DNA of 64,000 nucleotides, from contig NW_008246077.1 of NCBI RefSeq assembly GCF_000281045.1, positions 509,129 to 573,128 on the forward strand, written 5' to 3'. This document shows, one piece after another, positions 47,523-61,797 of this stretch (its first letter is position 1; every line of letters begins with the position of its first letter). Source of the DNA: Saprolegnia diclina VS20 (lineage: Eukaryota). The notes beneath the pieces were generated by a model. That model ran no database searches, was not told the origin of the DNA, and saw only the letters and a list, made by a program, of their open reading frames with translations. Both the position numbers and the translations under genes were made by a program.

Positions 47523-50500
47523 ATGGACGACGACGGCCGAGGCGTGCACCAAGCGCTTTGGGACGCCGCCGCGCAGCTGAGTCCGCGCCGGGCGCCAGAC
47601 GATGACGCCGTCGCGACGACCACGCTACCCTTCTACGAGCACGTGCCACCTGCCGAGGCGCTCCGGCGACTCTTCGTCTGGTTTCGGTCGCCGACCGATC
47701 GTGACGGCATGAGCCGAGATGCGTTCAACCGGCTGCGTTGCGCAGTGCACAGCGCCGAGGTGACCCAAGAGCAGTGGACGCTGGCGATGCGCGCGCTCGG
47801 CAACAATCACAATGCGTTTGTGACCGAGGCCGAGTTCAAGGAGCTCTTTGGTCCACCGCCGTTCTTTGGTCCAACGGCGTCGTCGACGCACTTACCGCCG
47901 CAGCTGCTTCTCGTGCAAGAGGTGACGCGCATGGAGGCGTTCGTGCACTTTCTAAAGCACCTCTTTGAACGGTACGCGACCGACGGCGTCACCATGACGT
48001 TCGAGAATCTCAAATCGCTGCGACGCCAAGCCGGCATCGCCACGCCGCTCGATGTGGCGACGTGGGAGTCGCTCTGTAAGCGCGTGCAGGCACCGCTCGA
48101 GTCGATGAACTGGATGCAGTTTGCGTCCGCGTGGCACATCAACTTGCATACTAACAAGCGCGAGGGCCCGCGGGGCTTTTGCTACCCGCACGTCCACCCG
48201 AGCGACGCCGTTCACGCGTGTGTCGCCGACGAGAAGGTGCAACTGCACTTTAGCAAGCACGATGTGGTGTCGCGCGAGACGTTGCATCAGCTCTTGGAGG
48301 CCACGTCCAAGCCCGAGACGTCGTCGTTTTCGCTGCTCAAAAAGAGAAAAAAATCGAGTAAAAGAGCCATGACCGACGACGAATGGTGCGCCATGCTCGA
48401 GAATCTGCAAGCCGCCGAATACCCGCTCCACGACGAAACCAACAAGAACGCCATCGAGTTGCATCCGCAGCGCCGGGTCAAAGACGTACGCTTGCCGACC
48501 AAGCCCCACGACACGATCATCCACACGGCCAACAACCTTATGATGTACGAGATTGCCTTTGACGAGCTCGGACCGATTGGGCTCCAAGTGCAAAGTGACT
48601 TTTTCGGCCAGTGCATGGCGATCCGCGCCATTGACGGTCAAGCCAAGAAGCACGCGCTCATCCAGCTCAACGATATCGTGGCGTGCGTCGACGGTCGTAT
48701 GACCATCTATGCGCCCGCTTCGTCTGAGGCCGACGAGGCGACGCGCCAGAGTGAAATGCAAGCCATGTTCGATACCCACGGTACGGAGATGACATATATG
48801 TAAGGACACTAGCACACAGGGTTATGTGTAGGCAGCAGCAGCCAGCGCATCGTGTTTTTGCGCCAAGAAGTCTATTACAACAACCTGCAAGCCACCGACG
48901 GCATCCGCGTCGTGCTTCAGACATACGCCGCGCTTGAGAAAGGCGACACGTTCACAGTACGACTACCACCCGGGTATACGCCGGTCGATCCACGCAGCAA
49001 GCGGTTGCGCATCGAGTTCGAGTCCCAATTGCAGTACGAGCTTGTACCCGAAGCCAGCGTCGAGGAGGGCATTGTCACGATTACGCTGACAGGACCGAAA
49101 GGTCTGGCTTCCCACTCGTATATGACCATGGTACTGCATGGGATCGTATGCCCGCAGTCGGTCGTCGCGGGGCCCGGTGACATCTCCCACGTCGATGGCG
49201 CGACAGTCGTCAAGCTCTATGCGGACTGGACGCCATGGCAGCGCCTCGTCACCGACGCGTTTGCCACCAAGCCGCTGCGCATCGACGAAAGTCGCTTCTC
49301 CGACCCGTCGTTGACGCCCAAGACTCTGAGCGTCGACCAAGGGGACTCGGGGATCACGCTCACGTCGGACTTTTACGGCCAGTGCGCGGTTGTTGCGAGC
49401 ATCTCGCCGCTCAAAGGCATCACAACCATCTTGCCCGAAGACGTGCTGAGCTGCGTGAGCTACACCAATGCGGACGGCGTCGTCGAGCGCGTGAGCTTGA
49501 TCAAGCCATTTGCGCTCTCGTCGTCGGACGCGACGCGGCACTTCAAGTACGTCGAGAGCGTGCTGCAGGAACGCGCCTCCTCCCAGACACCGTACACGCT
49601 CCAGTTTTTGCGCCTCCACTCGTTCTACGTGCAGAACGGACTCAAGACGACGCTGACGTTCGATGCGCTCACGCGATTGGAGGCGAACGCAGTGATTGCC
49701 ATCGAGATGCCCAACTCGGATTGGCGCGCACCGGACTTTGATGCAATGTCGGCCATCTTTGTCAAGCCAGAGGGACTCAACGTCGCGCGCATGCACTGGG
49801 ACGCCGGCGCCCACTATTTTGAAGTGACGCTCGGTGAGTGTGCGTTGGAAGTAGGGACGCAGCTCGTGCTCGAACTCGTTGGCGTCCAAGGACCCGCCGA
49901 GCGCACGGCAGGGCCATCGGAAATCACGTTTGTGGGAGCAAACCGCATGCGGCTCGAGCTCCACGAGCATTGGCACTCGTTTCTTGGCGGCTGGAGCGGC
50001 ATTGCAAGCGATCAGCTCGTCAACGTGCTTGCGACGCTCGAGACGACGCCGCTTGATCTCTGGACCGTCCTCGAGTACTCGCACCTGCTCTTCCGCATGT
50101 ATGCCGACAAGGCGACATCGCACATGACGCTCGCTCGCACCAACGTCCTCCGCGCCGCAGTGTTTGGGCCTGGTAACGATATGGACGAAGAGACGTGGCT
50201 TCGTGCGTGTCGCCGGGTCCACGCCGCCCCTCGCAAGGGCTTGGACGAGAAGCAGTTTGCTGTTGCTCTCTTGCAGCTCCTCGGTGACAAGGTGTCGCCC
50301 AACGACATTCAGCGTATCTACGTGTTTGTGCACTCGGTTGAGAAGCTCTTTTGCACGGCGCTCGACCTCTTTGAGCCAGCGCACGTGATGGAGCTACACG
50401 AACCCAGCATGCGCGCGCTCCACCGCGCCGTGTTCCAGCACCTTCCGTTCCGGACGTTCCAAGACAAGTTGTGGCGCCTCGGGTCGCAAGGGCGCTGGTC

Positions 50501-53500
50501 CTTGGACGCGTTTGGCCGGGGCTTTTACCAGGCGCAGCGCGACGGCATGGACCCTGTCGCAGCGTGGGTCAAATTGCACTACGCGTCGGCACTCTTTGAT
50601 CAGTTTGCGCGCATGAGGTATTGAAACTTTTGGTTGATAGATTGATAGTAACCAAGGGAGGTAGTGAAATGCAGCGCGACAACTGGCGCGACATGCTCAA
50701 AGCGCGCAAGTCGGACATCATTTTGGACGAAGACTTGTGGACGAGTCTCTGCGCGTCGGTCGTCGGCAACCACGTGACGCCGTCGCGGGGGCTCACAAAA
50801 GGCGGGTTTGTCCAAGCGTACCACTCGAACGTGCTCGGGCCCGTGCGTGATGCGATGGTCGACTGGAACTACATTCAAGCGTACAGCATCGAGCCCACGG
50901 CCCACCAGCGCAGCATTAGCGGTACGTACACTCAACTCGCTGCAACCGATGCGATGGCATCGCGTAGACGCCGTCGAGGCGCAGTCGGCGGTCGCGCCCG
51001 AGAAGCTTCGCGTCAACGACATTGCGACCAAAGCGCTCGAGGCGCTAGTGAGCACGGACGATATCGCCGAGGAAGCGATCAAGCTCAACATTGACTTCAA
51101 GCGTACCGATGTGGTCGAAGAGCGCGTGATCAAGTTCAAAGAAGATGCTCTCACAACAAACTTTGCGTCGTATGCGGTGCGTCGTGACGCGTCATTGAGC
51201 ATGCACGTGTGACGCGCTTCGTAGGCGGCGCGCGATCGGGGCTTCTTACATGTCCGCGTCAAGAGTGTCTGCGAACTACGCAAGGACGACGATGACGACG
51301 GAGAGGACATGGACGACGACGACATGAACACGACACTCGACGAGTACTATGTCGTCATGTACACCATCTCCTCGGACGAGTGGCGCAACGAGTTCAAGCC
51401 CGTCGTGCGCACGTGGGCCGATTGGCGCCAACACATTGGCGCGACGCTCAAACGCAAAGCGCTCGAGCTATTGCGGGGCCAGCGCAAGGAGCCGTATGTG
51501 TGCGGTCCCCACGAGCTGTGGGACTTTGCCGAGTCACAGGCGCTGGCGGCCGAGTACGCGACCAAGGCAACCGAGTTTCTCGAGCAAACCGAAGGTAAAC
51601 GGCTCTGCAACTGTCGAGGTGGTCACCCCATACAATGCTAGTCGATGACGCGCTGCGTGACGACATGACGCAGCTCTGCGAGCGGTTCAACCCGTACTCG
51701 CCCCTCCTCGCGCCAAAACCACCGCCAGGTACACAAGCATATTGTCTGTCAGCGTACCAATCCCCGCGACCTGTCAACAGAACCGGTTGGCAAGAAGGCA
51801 CGCAAGGCACCAACGGCCGTCCCCACCGCCCCGGCCGTCGACTTGAAAGCAGGACGCGCCGTGTCCCGTCTCGTCACCGAGGTGAGCCGAAGTACGCACC
51901 ATGTACAGGTCGTCTCATGGTGCTACGACTAGGACGCCTCGAGCGCAGGCGTTCTTCGGTTCCCCGAAGATGCCTTTCGCCTGTTCGTCGACCGCGAGCA
52001 GAGAGCCCCCCGGCAGTCGCACGTTGTTGTCAAGCTCTTCAAGCGCACCAAGTCGGGGCAGAACAAGGCTGCGATCGATGCGCTCAACGTGAAGTCGCGC
52101 GAGCTTACGCGCGCCGAGCGCTCCGAGCGTGTGATTCGCGCGCTCTTGCTCAAAACGAAGCTCCACCTCACGCACCGCATTCACGCCAACCTCGGGTCCA
52201 TTAACAGCGAGATCCAGCTCGAGCTCTCCAAGTTCAAGCGCAAGGAGAAGGATCTTGCTGAGCTCCAAGCGCGGATCCACACGCTGCGCGACGACGTGCA
52301 TGCACTCGAGTTGCAGCAGCCAACGGCCGCATCCACCAACAACGTTGCACCGGCCTCCCTGATTGGACAGGTCGCTCTGCCGCTCGATGAACTCTTTAGT
52401 ATTCTGTACAACGACAGCCTCGAGACGGATGACCTCGTCATGCTACTGGACACCGACCGCCATGTCGCGGGCAAAATGCTGCTGCAATTTCAGTTTCAAG
52501 CCAGCGCGCCGTGGTGCCGCCCGTCCAACCAAGACGCGCCGCCGCCACCCTTGCGACTCGCGACCGACGGCACGCTCGACTACCCGTCGGAAGCGCCGCT
52601 CCACGTCGAGTGGGCCACGAGCGACGAAGCCAATGTCGCCAAGCGCGACACACTCTGCCTCGTGCGTGAGACCGAGCGCCAAAAGCTTGTGCTCAACGCG
52701 CCGTTCTTTTTATTTTACTGGAACACGGATATCGGTGACGGGCAGTGGGACTGCTTCCAATCAAGCCTCAAGCTCTACTCGGGCCCGGCGGTTGACAAGG
52801 CGCGCGTCATTCAAATGACGCCACCGTCGGGTAACGACAAGGCGCAGCGCGGCACACTTTTACTGCCGTCGTCGCGCGACCTCTCGCTGCCACCGGGCAC
52901 GTACCGTCTCGTGCTCATGCGCCAAGAAGAGGATGGCGGCCGGAAGTTTCGCTCCGTGCTCGGCGTGAGCCCATGCTTGCACGTCTTTGTGGGCGTCAAC
53001 AGCGTCCACACGGTCTTTGGCACGACGCCGTTTGTTGATGTCAAGACGGTCCGGTGCGCCATGGCGATCGTCGACAACGCCACTGACAATGCCATCGCGA
53101 GCACACTACCGGCGTTGAACGCGACTGAGCCGTGGCTGCGCGCCGCAAGCTACGAGATCGAGCTTGTCAACGCCATCGCAATGCTGCGCACGCAAATTGA
53201 GTCGTTGCAGACGCAGCTGCAGTCGCAAGAATCGCACCCGGCTCCGATCCTCGAGGTACAGGACGTGACTGATTGTTGTATGATATTGAACTGTCGCAGG
53301 CTATGCAAATGGAAGTCGAGGCCTATACCAACCGTGTCGACGCGCTGGAGAAGCTGCAAGACCAAGGCATTGATGCGATCCGCGACCAAGAACGCCAAGT
53401 GTGCGACGACTTGCAGCGCTGCGAGGACCAACTGGCGGTATGTCATCGTGACAGGTCCGAAATGTAACGCCTCTCGAACGGCGTAGCAATGCGAAGCACA

Positions 53501-56500
53501 CAAACGCGCGGTGGTTGCGGCGGGGAACGAGCCGGACGCCGACGTGAGCAAGACGATGCAAGGACTGCAAGCCAACATTGACGATCTCAACGAGACCAAA
53601 ACGACGCTGGCTATGGTTGTGGCAGAATATTTGCGGCGTCAAGAACCTCCCGCGGCAGTCGTGGCCGCAGGTTCTGGCGCAGAGACGCCGGTCTTTACGT
53701 ACAGCTCGTACATGCGCGTCGACTGCCTCCTGCAGGGCGAGGCGGCACAGCTGCCGCATTCCCAGAGCACTACAGTGCACGATTACGTGATCGTATTGCC
53801 CCAAGTGGTGGTCGAAACCGCCGACAAACTCCGCGTCAAAGTATACCATCCATTGTCAACACTCGAACGCTTATATTTGGCGACGCATAGATTCTGGGCA
53901 AGCTCCAGTCGATGAACGTGGAGCGATCGCAGCACGTGCGGGACCAGATCCAGATCGAGCTTCAGATTTTGCTGCGCATCGTCGAGATTTCGAATGCGTG
54001 GCTCCTCTCGCGCATCTTCTCGACGCGCGAGTGGTACTCGCTGTACGGACAGCTTGCGCAGCTGCGCTGGCTCTACATCTTTGAGGAGTGCTATCCCGTC
54101 TTCCAGAAAGCCCCGAGCGAAGTCCGGCTGCTCTTCCCCTTCATTTTGCAAGAGCTCGCCGACGAACTTCAGTCGCGCAGCCACGAGCTCGAATTGGCAC
54201 TGCCAACGCGCGTGGTCAATGCCACGCTATCCTTGCGCGAGGTGCGTCTGCTGTATCAATTGATAGTTTTCGAGCGTCTTGTAGGTACCGGTCACTAACT
54301 TTACCCCGGCGGGGGGCGACGTGCAGGGTCGCATCGATGGCTCGGTGGCGTCTTTTGTAGGCCTCGACCCTAACTGGCGCAGCTGGACAAACTACCTTCG
54401 GCGCTTCTTTGGTCTTGATCCATGCCTCGGGGGCATGTACATTGCCAAGTACATCCGGCGAGGCGGCGAGGTCGGGAACGCCCGCGGCGAGCTCGGTCGC
54501 GTCGGGCCATTTGCGATCAACGTTGATGCGGACGAAGCTCAATTGTGGTTCCTTGCGCCTGAGAAGCGGCTCTTGTACACGGAAATGGCCTTCCACCTTG
54601 GCGTCACGGCGCTCAAGTACTTTGTGGCGCTTCTCAACTTGTCGTTCAACGTCAACTTTGTCGCCAACCTCGTCGCGTCGTCGAGTTGGTTTAGCCACTC
54701 TACGGAGGTTCTCAAGGCGATGAAGGCCGACTGCACCGCCGCGCTCGCCAACGTCCTCTCGTTTGTGTCGGTCGTCATTGGCTGGTTCGACTATGTGTTT
54801 TCGTACATCCTCAACTACATCATGGTCGAGCTCAATTTCTTCGACAAATATGTTGGCTGCGGGCAGGGCTACATCCTCCTCCTCATTTGGGTGCTCATGT
54901 GGCTCGCAACGCTCTTCCTTTACATTGTGATCCAAGAAGACGTGCTCGTCAAGGTCCAAAAGATCAGCTACTATCTCCCGTTCAACGTTGGCCGGGTCGG
55001 CGAAGATCGACTCGAACAACTCGGTGCGCTTCTCGTGAGCCCTGTCTTGATTGTCATCAAGGTCCTCGTGCTTTTCATTGCAAAGCAGTGGCACGCGTAC
55101 TCGGAGCAAGCGTCGACCGGGTCGCTCTTCAGCCTCACGCGCTACAGCACGAGTGGCGTCGCGTGCCCGGCCATGGAGGTCAACTACGCGTTTCAGGTAG
55201 TCTCGGCCGTGCTCTTGGGTGGCTTCTTTTACTTTCTGCTGCCTCTCCTTGTGCTCGATATTTACAGCTGGAAGCCGCCGACCGACTTGGCCAAGGACGC
55301 GGACCGACTCGCATTGTCGCACCGCGGGGGTCGCCACGGGATTTGGGCGGCGGTCGCCAACAACGTCAACTTGGTCGAACCACCAACGTCGTGGCCACGC
55401 CGGTGCTGCTGCCACCCGTTCCAGCTGTTTTGGTTCGCGGGGCGTGGGAAGCGACTCTTTCGGGACTACCGGCGCTACGACTTTTACAAGCTCACGCTCA
55501 AGTACGGTTTTGTCGGCATTTGGTTTGTCATCCTCTACATCTACTCGGTTCTCATGCTCCAAGCGGTCGCGCGCGCGCTCGGCGCCGTCTTTGGGTGGCG
55601 CGGCCGGGCTGACTACATGTACGACAAGCCGCATTTACGGCCGTATGGGACATCGCACCTCGACCGGATCTGCTGTCGCTTCAATTGGTACTGGCGTCGG
55701 TCGTGGGTGGTGCAAAAGGTCCTCCAGCCCATGTACAACTGCGCCTTGGTAACAATCGGCGCGTGGACGACGGGGGAGTGGACCACCTACGACATTGAGG
55801 AGCGGGCCAAAAACTGTTTCCCGATGGAGCCCAACAACGAAATCAAGCAGCTGCAAATGATGTCGCTGCACGGCAAGGTATTGTCACGATAGCAATCTTG
55901 TCCTTGTATCGATGAATCTATGATGTAGGTCAACAGTCTGATTTGGCTGCCATTTCCCGTCATTGGTTTCCTGGCGTACGTCTCGGACATTCTCAATCGC
56001 GGACCGATTTTGAGTTACCTTCTTAACCGCATGGTACTGTCGATAAACTCGGAACGACGCTAAGTGCCATGGTATTAGTTTCTCCAAGTCGACAAGCCTG
56101 CGAACGAGCGGGATCCGAGTGTGCGCTGGAAGATCCATCGGTGGATGCCCGAGTGCGTCGCAGGCAAGCGCGTCCGCTGCGGTGTCGTCGACGACAAGAC
56201 CGTGTGCCTGCCCGACACATGCTTTTACACGACATTGGCCAAGTGGGGCAGCTCGGTCTTGGAGCTCGCGATGGTCGTTGCGCTCATCGCCGAGCCGCTC
56301 CAGAACCCAAATGGCGCAGCCAACAGCGCCACGATGAAGTGGAAGGCGCAAGTGGCCCTCCTCGCTGCGACGATCGCACCGCTTATCGAACTCAACCAAC
56401 AGGCCCTCAAGTCGTACAAAAAATTCCTCGAGCTGCGCGACACGATGCAAAGCACTCTCGTGTCCGAGGGAAAATCGCTGGCGCAGCAGCAAGCTGGCCG

Positions 56501-59333
56501 AGTTGGTGCGCCGATCGAGATGGCGTCGGCGGCCAACGCCGAAGTCCAAACGCTTTTGGGCACCAACGACGAGAACGATGGCAACAGCAGCGACGAGGCA
56601 GAGAGCGACGACGAGAACGATGACGATGACGGCAGCAAAGACCTCATCGTGCTCACGGCGACGCCCGAGACGAGCTTTGTCATCCAGAGCGACCAACTCG
56701 ACGAAGGCGAAGGCGTCATCACGGTCAATTGGCGTGTGAATGCGTCCCGGCGCTTCCACGCGTTTGACGCGATCGGCATGTTTCCGAAGCGCTCGCTGGC
56801 CGACACGCTCGTGAAGCGCACAATGGACGAGTGTCTGTGCTACCGGCTCGTGTCGGAGCTCCGCGTCGAGCCGTTTGGGTGGCGCCCGACCACAAACGCT
56901 CATGGCAACGAACTCTCAAGTGGCGTGCACTCGACCAAGATGCTCCAGCACGCGCTCTTTTTGGATAAAGTCACGCAACACGAGATCGGCGAGCTCTCGC
57001 GCAAGTCGATACACCAGCGCAAGGCGTCGCTCGTGCCCGCGCCCGACTCGGTCGATGCGATCGACGCCGTCTTGGACGCAGCGCCGGACGCCGTCAACCT
57101 CGACCGCGCGACCTTTGTGCTGGAAAACACGCTGGCTTCGGGCACCATTGAGCCGTACGGGAAGCAAATGTCCGAGATGTTCCACGACGAGATGCACGAG
57201 GTGACTTTGCGTCGTCCAAAAACGTCAAAGTACCACGTGTGCTCTGTAGAAACAAGCGGCCTTTCGCACGCTCAGCGTCGACGACGCCGACGACCACAAA
57301 GCCGGTGGCTCAAAGGACGCGCGCGACACGCGGGTAGGCCATAAAATGGGGTTGTGTCCATAAATGACGTGGCACGTCGTATGCGTAGCGCGTGAGTGGC
57401 CAGGTCAAGTTTCGACCGGCCAATAGCAACGAGCACGACGACCACCCGCAGCACGAAGATTACGTCTTTGGCAACAGCGCTGGCATCTTCCCATGCAAGT
57501 ATGGGCTCGAACGCTACGAGTTCTTTTACCTCAAGTACACGGGGCACCACACTGCGCACTCGACGACGACGCCCTTGTACGAGGTCGTGGTCGACTCGAG
57601 CCGCGACAACGACGCCAAAGACCGCAATGATCCGATCGTCGAGACGCGGCGCGGCGACTACGAGCCGCTGGTCAAGTTTACGTCCAACGCCATCTCGATC
57701 GGAACATTCGACCTGTTCATTCGGCTCACGAGCGACACGCCGCTTGTGTGGGCCAACCAAGCGGTCAATTTGACGTGGGAGATCTTTGGCGTCAACTACC
57801 GCGTCCTCTCGCATCCACGCAACCGCAACTGCATTGCGTTTTTCAAAGTCCGTGATATCCACAACACCCGCATGTGTGCCAAGGTCGACATTGTGCCCCC
57901 GTCGGCGTTCCTCGAGCCGCACGGCGGCGGCCCCGTTTCGGGGCGCATGCTCGTCTTTACGCCGAGCGAGCCCGGCATGTACGAGATTCGGTTTCTCTTC
58001 AACTACTTCCACGAAGCCAAGTTGCACCGGCGCTGCCAGGTCTTTGGCCAGCTCGAAGAGCAAATGCAGCTCCAGCGCATCAAGTACCTCTTCCAGCGCC
58101 GCGACCTCGCGCGCACGCTGAGCCTCCTCCAGCAACAAACACTGAGCGCATGGACGCAAGCGCTAGTCTACACGTACGCATGGTTGCATCCTGTCTTGAG
58201 CTACCTCCTCGACAAGCCCGTGCCCGACTCGGTCGTCAACAACCCGGGCCTCTTTACGCGCTACATGGTACGTGAAGCCGCGGGCCAATTGGCGCTGCTC
58301 GCCGAGACGGACCATTCGCAGCTGCAAGGATGCCTCACGCAGCTGCTCTCGCCGCTCCGGTCGCGCTCGTTCATTGCGTTCTTTGGTGATGCTTTCAACG
58401 GGAGCGAGGAGATGCGGACGCACGCGTCCACAATCGAGTTTGTGTCGCCCAGTGACGCGACCCGCGACGTCTTTTTGGATGCCAAGACGAGAAGCATTGC
58501 GCGGTGGCCCGCTGCGGTGACCGTCTCGCCCGAGATTTGGCTTCTACATGACGACAAGGTGCTGCTGGATGCGGGCCCGGACAACTTTGAAGCCCTCGCG
58601 CTCGAGTACCTCAGTCGTCCGCTGCTGCCGGGCCGCGTCGACATTCTCGATGAGCTGATTCTCGACAACCGCGCGCTTCTTACGACCGCCAAGCTAGTAC
58701 GTGGCGGCATGTGCTCTAAGATCTTGGACAAGTATCGTGATTAGGTGGTCGAGAGCGTCGCGACCGCAGCGTGTGGCTTGTACGAGCCTGCGATCGCAAG
58801 CGTCGTCCAAAGCTTCCTCAAGCAAGCCAAGCAAGCGGAAAAGCTCGGGCTCTTCCAAGACCTCGCGGTAGCATTTCAAAACAAAGTGCAATCTCATGAC
58901 GTGGCATCCCCAGGTGCCGCTGCAAGACGAGAGCCGCAACCATATCCAGCGCCTCATCCGCGCGCTCTTTGAGACGCACAGCCGGTCTGGCGACCGCTTT
59001 GTGGGCTGGGACACTGACGCTGCGCGCCCCCAATTGGGGTTGGATGTGCTCCAGCACCAAGCTCTGCGGGCGTGGCTCAAGCCCAAGTGCGTCCAAGGCA
59101 TCGTCAAAGTGCTCAAGCGCCGCTTTGCACTGCTCACAGCCTCGAACAGCGCGGTGGCGCTGCAGCTCGTACGTGCGACAGCGACCAAGTTCGGATGCCG
59201 CCGCCCCACCGTTCCTCTCGTGTCCACCGCCGCCGTCGGGTTGCGCAGGCGCACCGGTGCGTCGCTCGACCGACGACGCGGAATAAGATTCTCACATGTG
59301 ACTAGGCAAATCGGTCGTCTACTTTCTCCGTGA
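47523..59333 (+). CDS. Giant (~3,600 aa) multi-domain multi-pass membrane protein, ~18 exons
   Basis: Consecutive ORFs join in frame across 17 GT-AG introns (donors near 48781, 50619, 50922, 51177, 51595, 51729, 51883, 53256, 53438, 53841, 54242, 55878, 56034, 57201, 57334, 58697, 58886); hydrophobic TM block ~54580-56400; 3' end approximate. Confidence 0.75.
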
Positions 59334-59446
59334 GGCCGAAACGAACGAAGCGACACTGCCGACACATGCGTCGTAGAGCTTCCATGTATCATCATTGCGT
59401 GTCGATAAGAATCACTGTTTTCATGTGCCCACGAATTGAGTGACAG

Positions 59447-60708
<1,262 letters not shown>

Positions 60709-60801
60709 TGGTACGCATTGTACAGTTAGTCCCTCAACTACAAACCATTCTGGTGTAGGACGCGGCTCTTACAGCGGCACCGGCACCTCTACTTTGACGT
60801 A

Positions 60802-61644
60802 ATGGCGCCGCTCTCACAGTACAGTCCCGACGACAAGCGGCCGTTGTACTACTCGCCGACGCAGCTTACCACCGCAGCCGCCACCATTGAAGCCCGCACT
60901 GAGCACGTCGTCGCGCTTCAGCACCAGCTTTTGCTTGATTGGCATAAGGGCGCCACCTTCTTCCAGGCCGCGTGGAGAGGTTTTGTCGCACGGCGCATCA
61001 CGCGTCGCCAGCGCTTTCTGCTCAAAATCGAGCGGGTTGACCACCTATACTTTGTTGCGTTTCACCGCCGCCGCCTCGCGCTAGCGCGTCGGGAGCGACG
61101 GGTTCGAAAGGCCGCTGCGCACATCAAGGTGCGCTCTTGCCGTAGAGGTCGCCTGCGCTGAGGATGAGCATGCTAGTGTCTGGCACGGCGGGCCCATGAA
61201 CGAGCGGCGATCGTGCAGCGCAGTGTCCGACTCTACCTCTTCAAGTGCGAACGCTGGCGCGCCGCCGCTACGCTCGTGCGCTGGTACCGCCTCGTCTCCC
61301 GTCGCGCCAAGCTACGTGCGTGCGCACGGCGGCTGCAGCGGTTTGTCCACTGGAAACGACGCGAAGAGCAGCTCAACGAGCTCGCCGCCGTGGCCGTGGC
61401 CGCGCGACGCCAGCATATTGAGGCCAAGCAAGCCGCGTACTTTGCGTTGCAGCCCGACCACGTCATTGTGCACCGCCTCGTCATGGCGCGCAAGCAAGAC
61501 ATCTACCGCGCCTTGCACCCGCAGCAAGCGTTGAACCAGCGACTTCATTCAAGTGGCGAGATGAGCGTCGCGCCATTGCGGCTTCCGATGGCCTCGAACG
61601 CCATGCTCGCCAAAGCCTCAGTGGCCCGGTCCAAGCTGCGATGA
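60802..61644 (+). CDS. IQ-motif (calmodulin-binding) basic protein, 2 exons
   Basis: ATFFQAAWRGFVARR, AIVQRSVRLYL, ARRLQRFVHWKRR. Confidence 0.7.
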
Positions 61645-61797
61645 GCATGCGTCGCGCCGGGTCAACTCTATCTGTGCATCTAGTTAGTCGATAAGCGCCA
61701 TCGAGACGAAGGCGGACGGTTCGAAAAAAGCTTCGAATTTTGCGATCTGACCGGTTTGTCCGGATGATGACCTCGTTGGCGGTTTCTCAAGCGGTCG

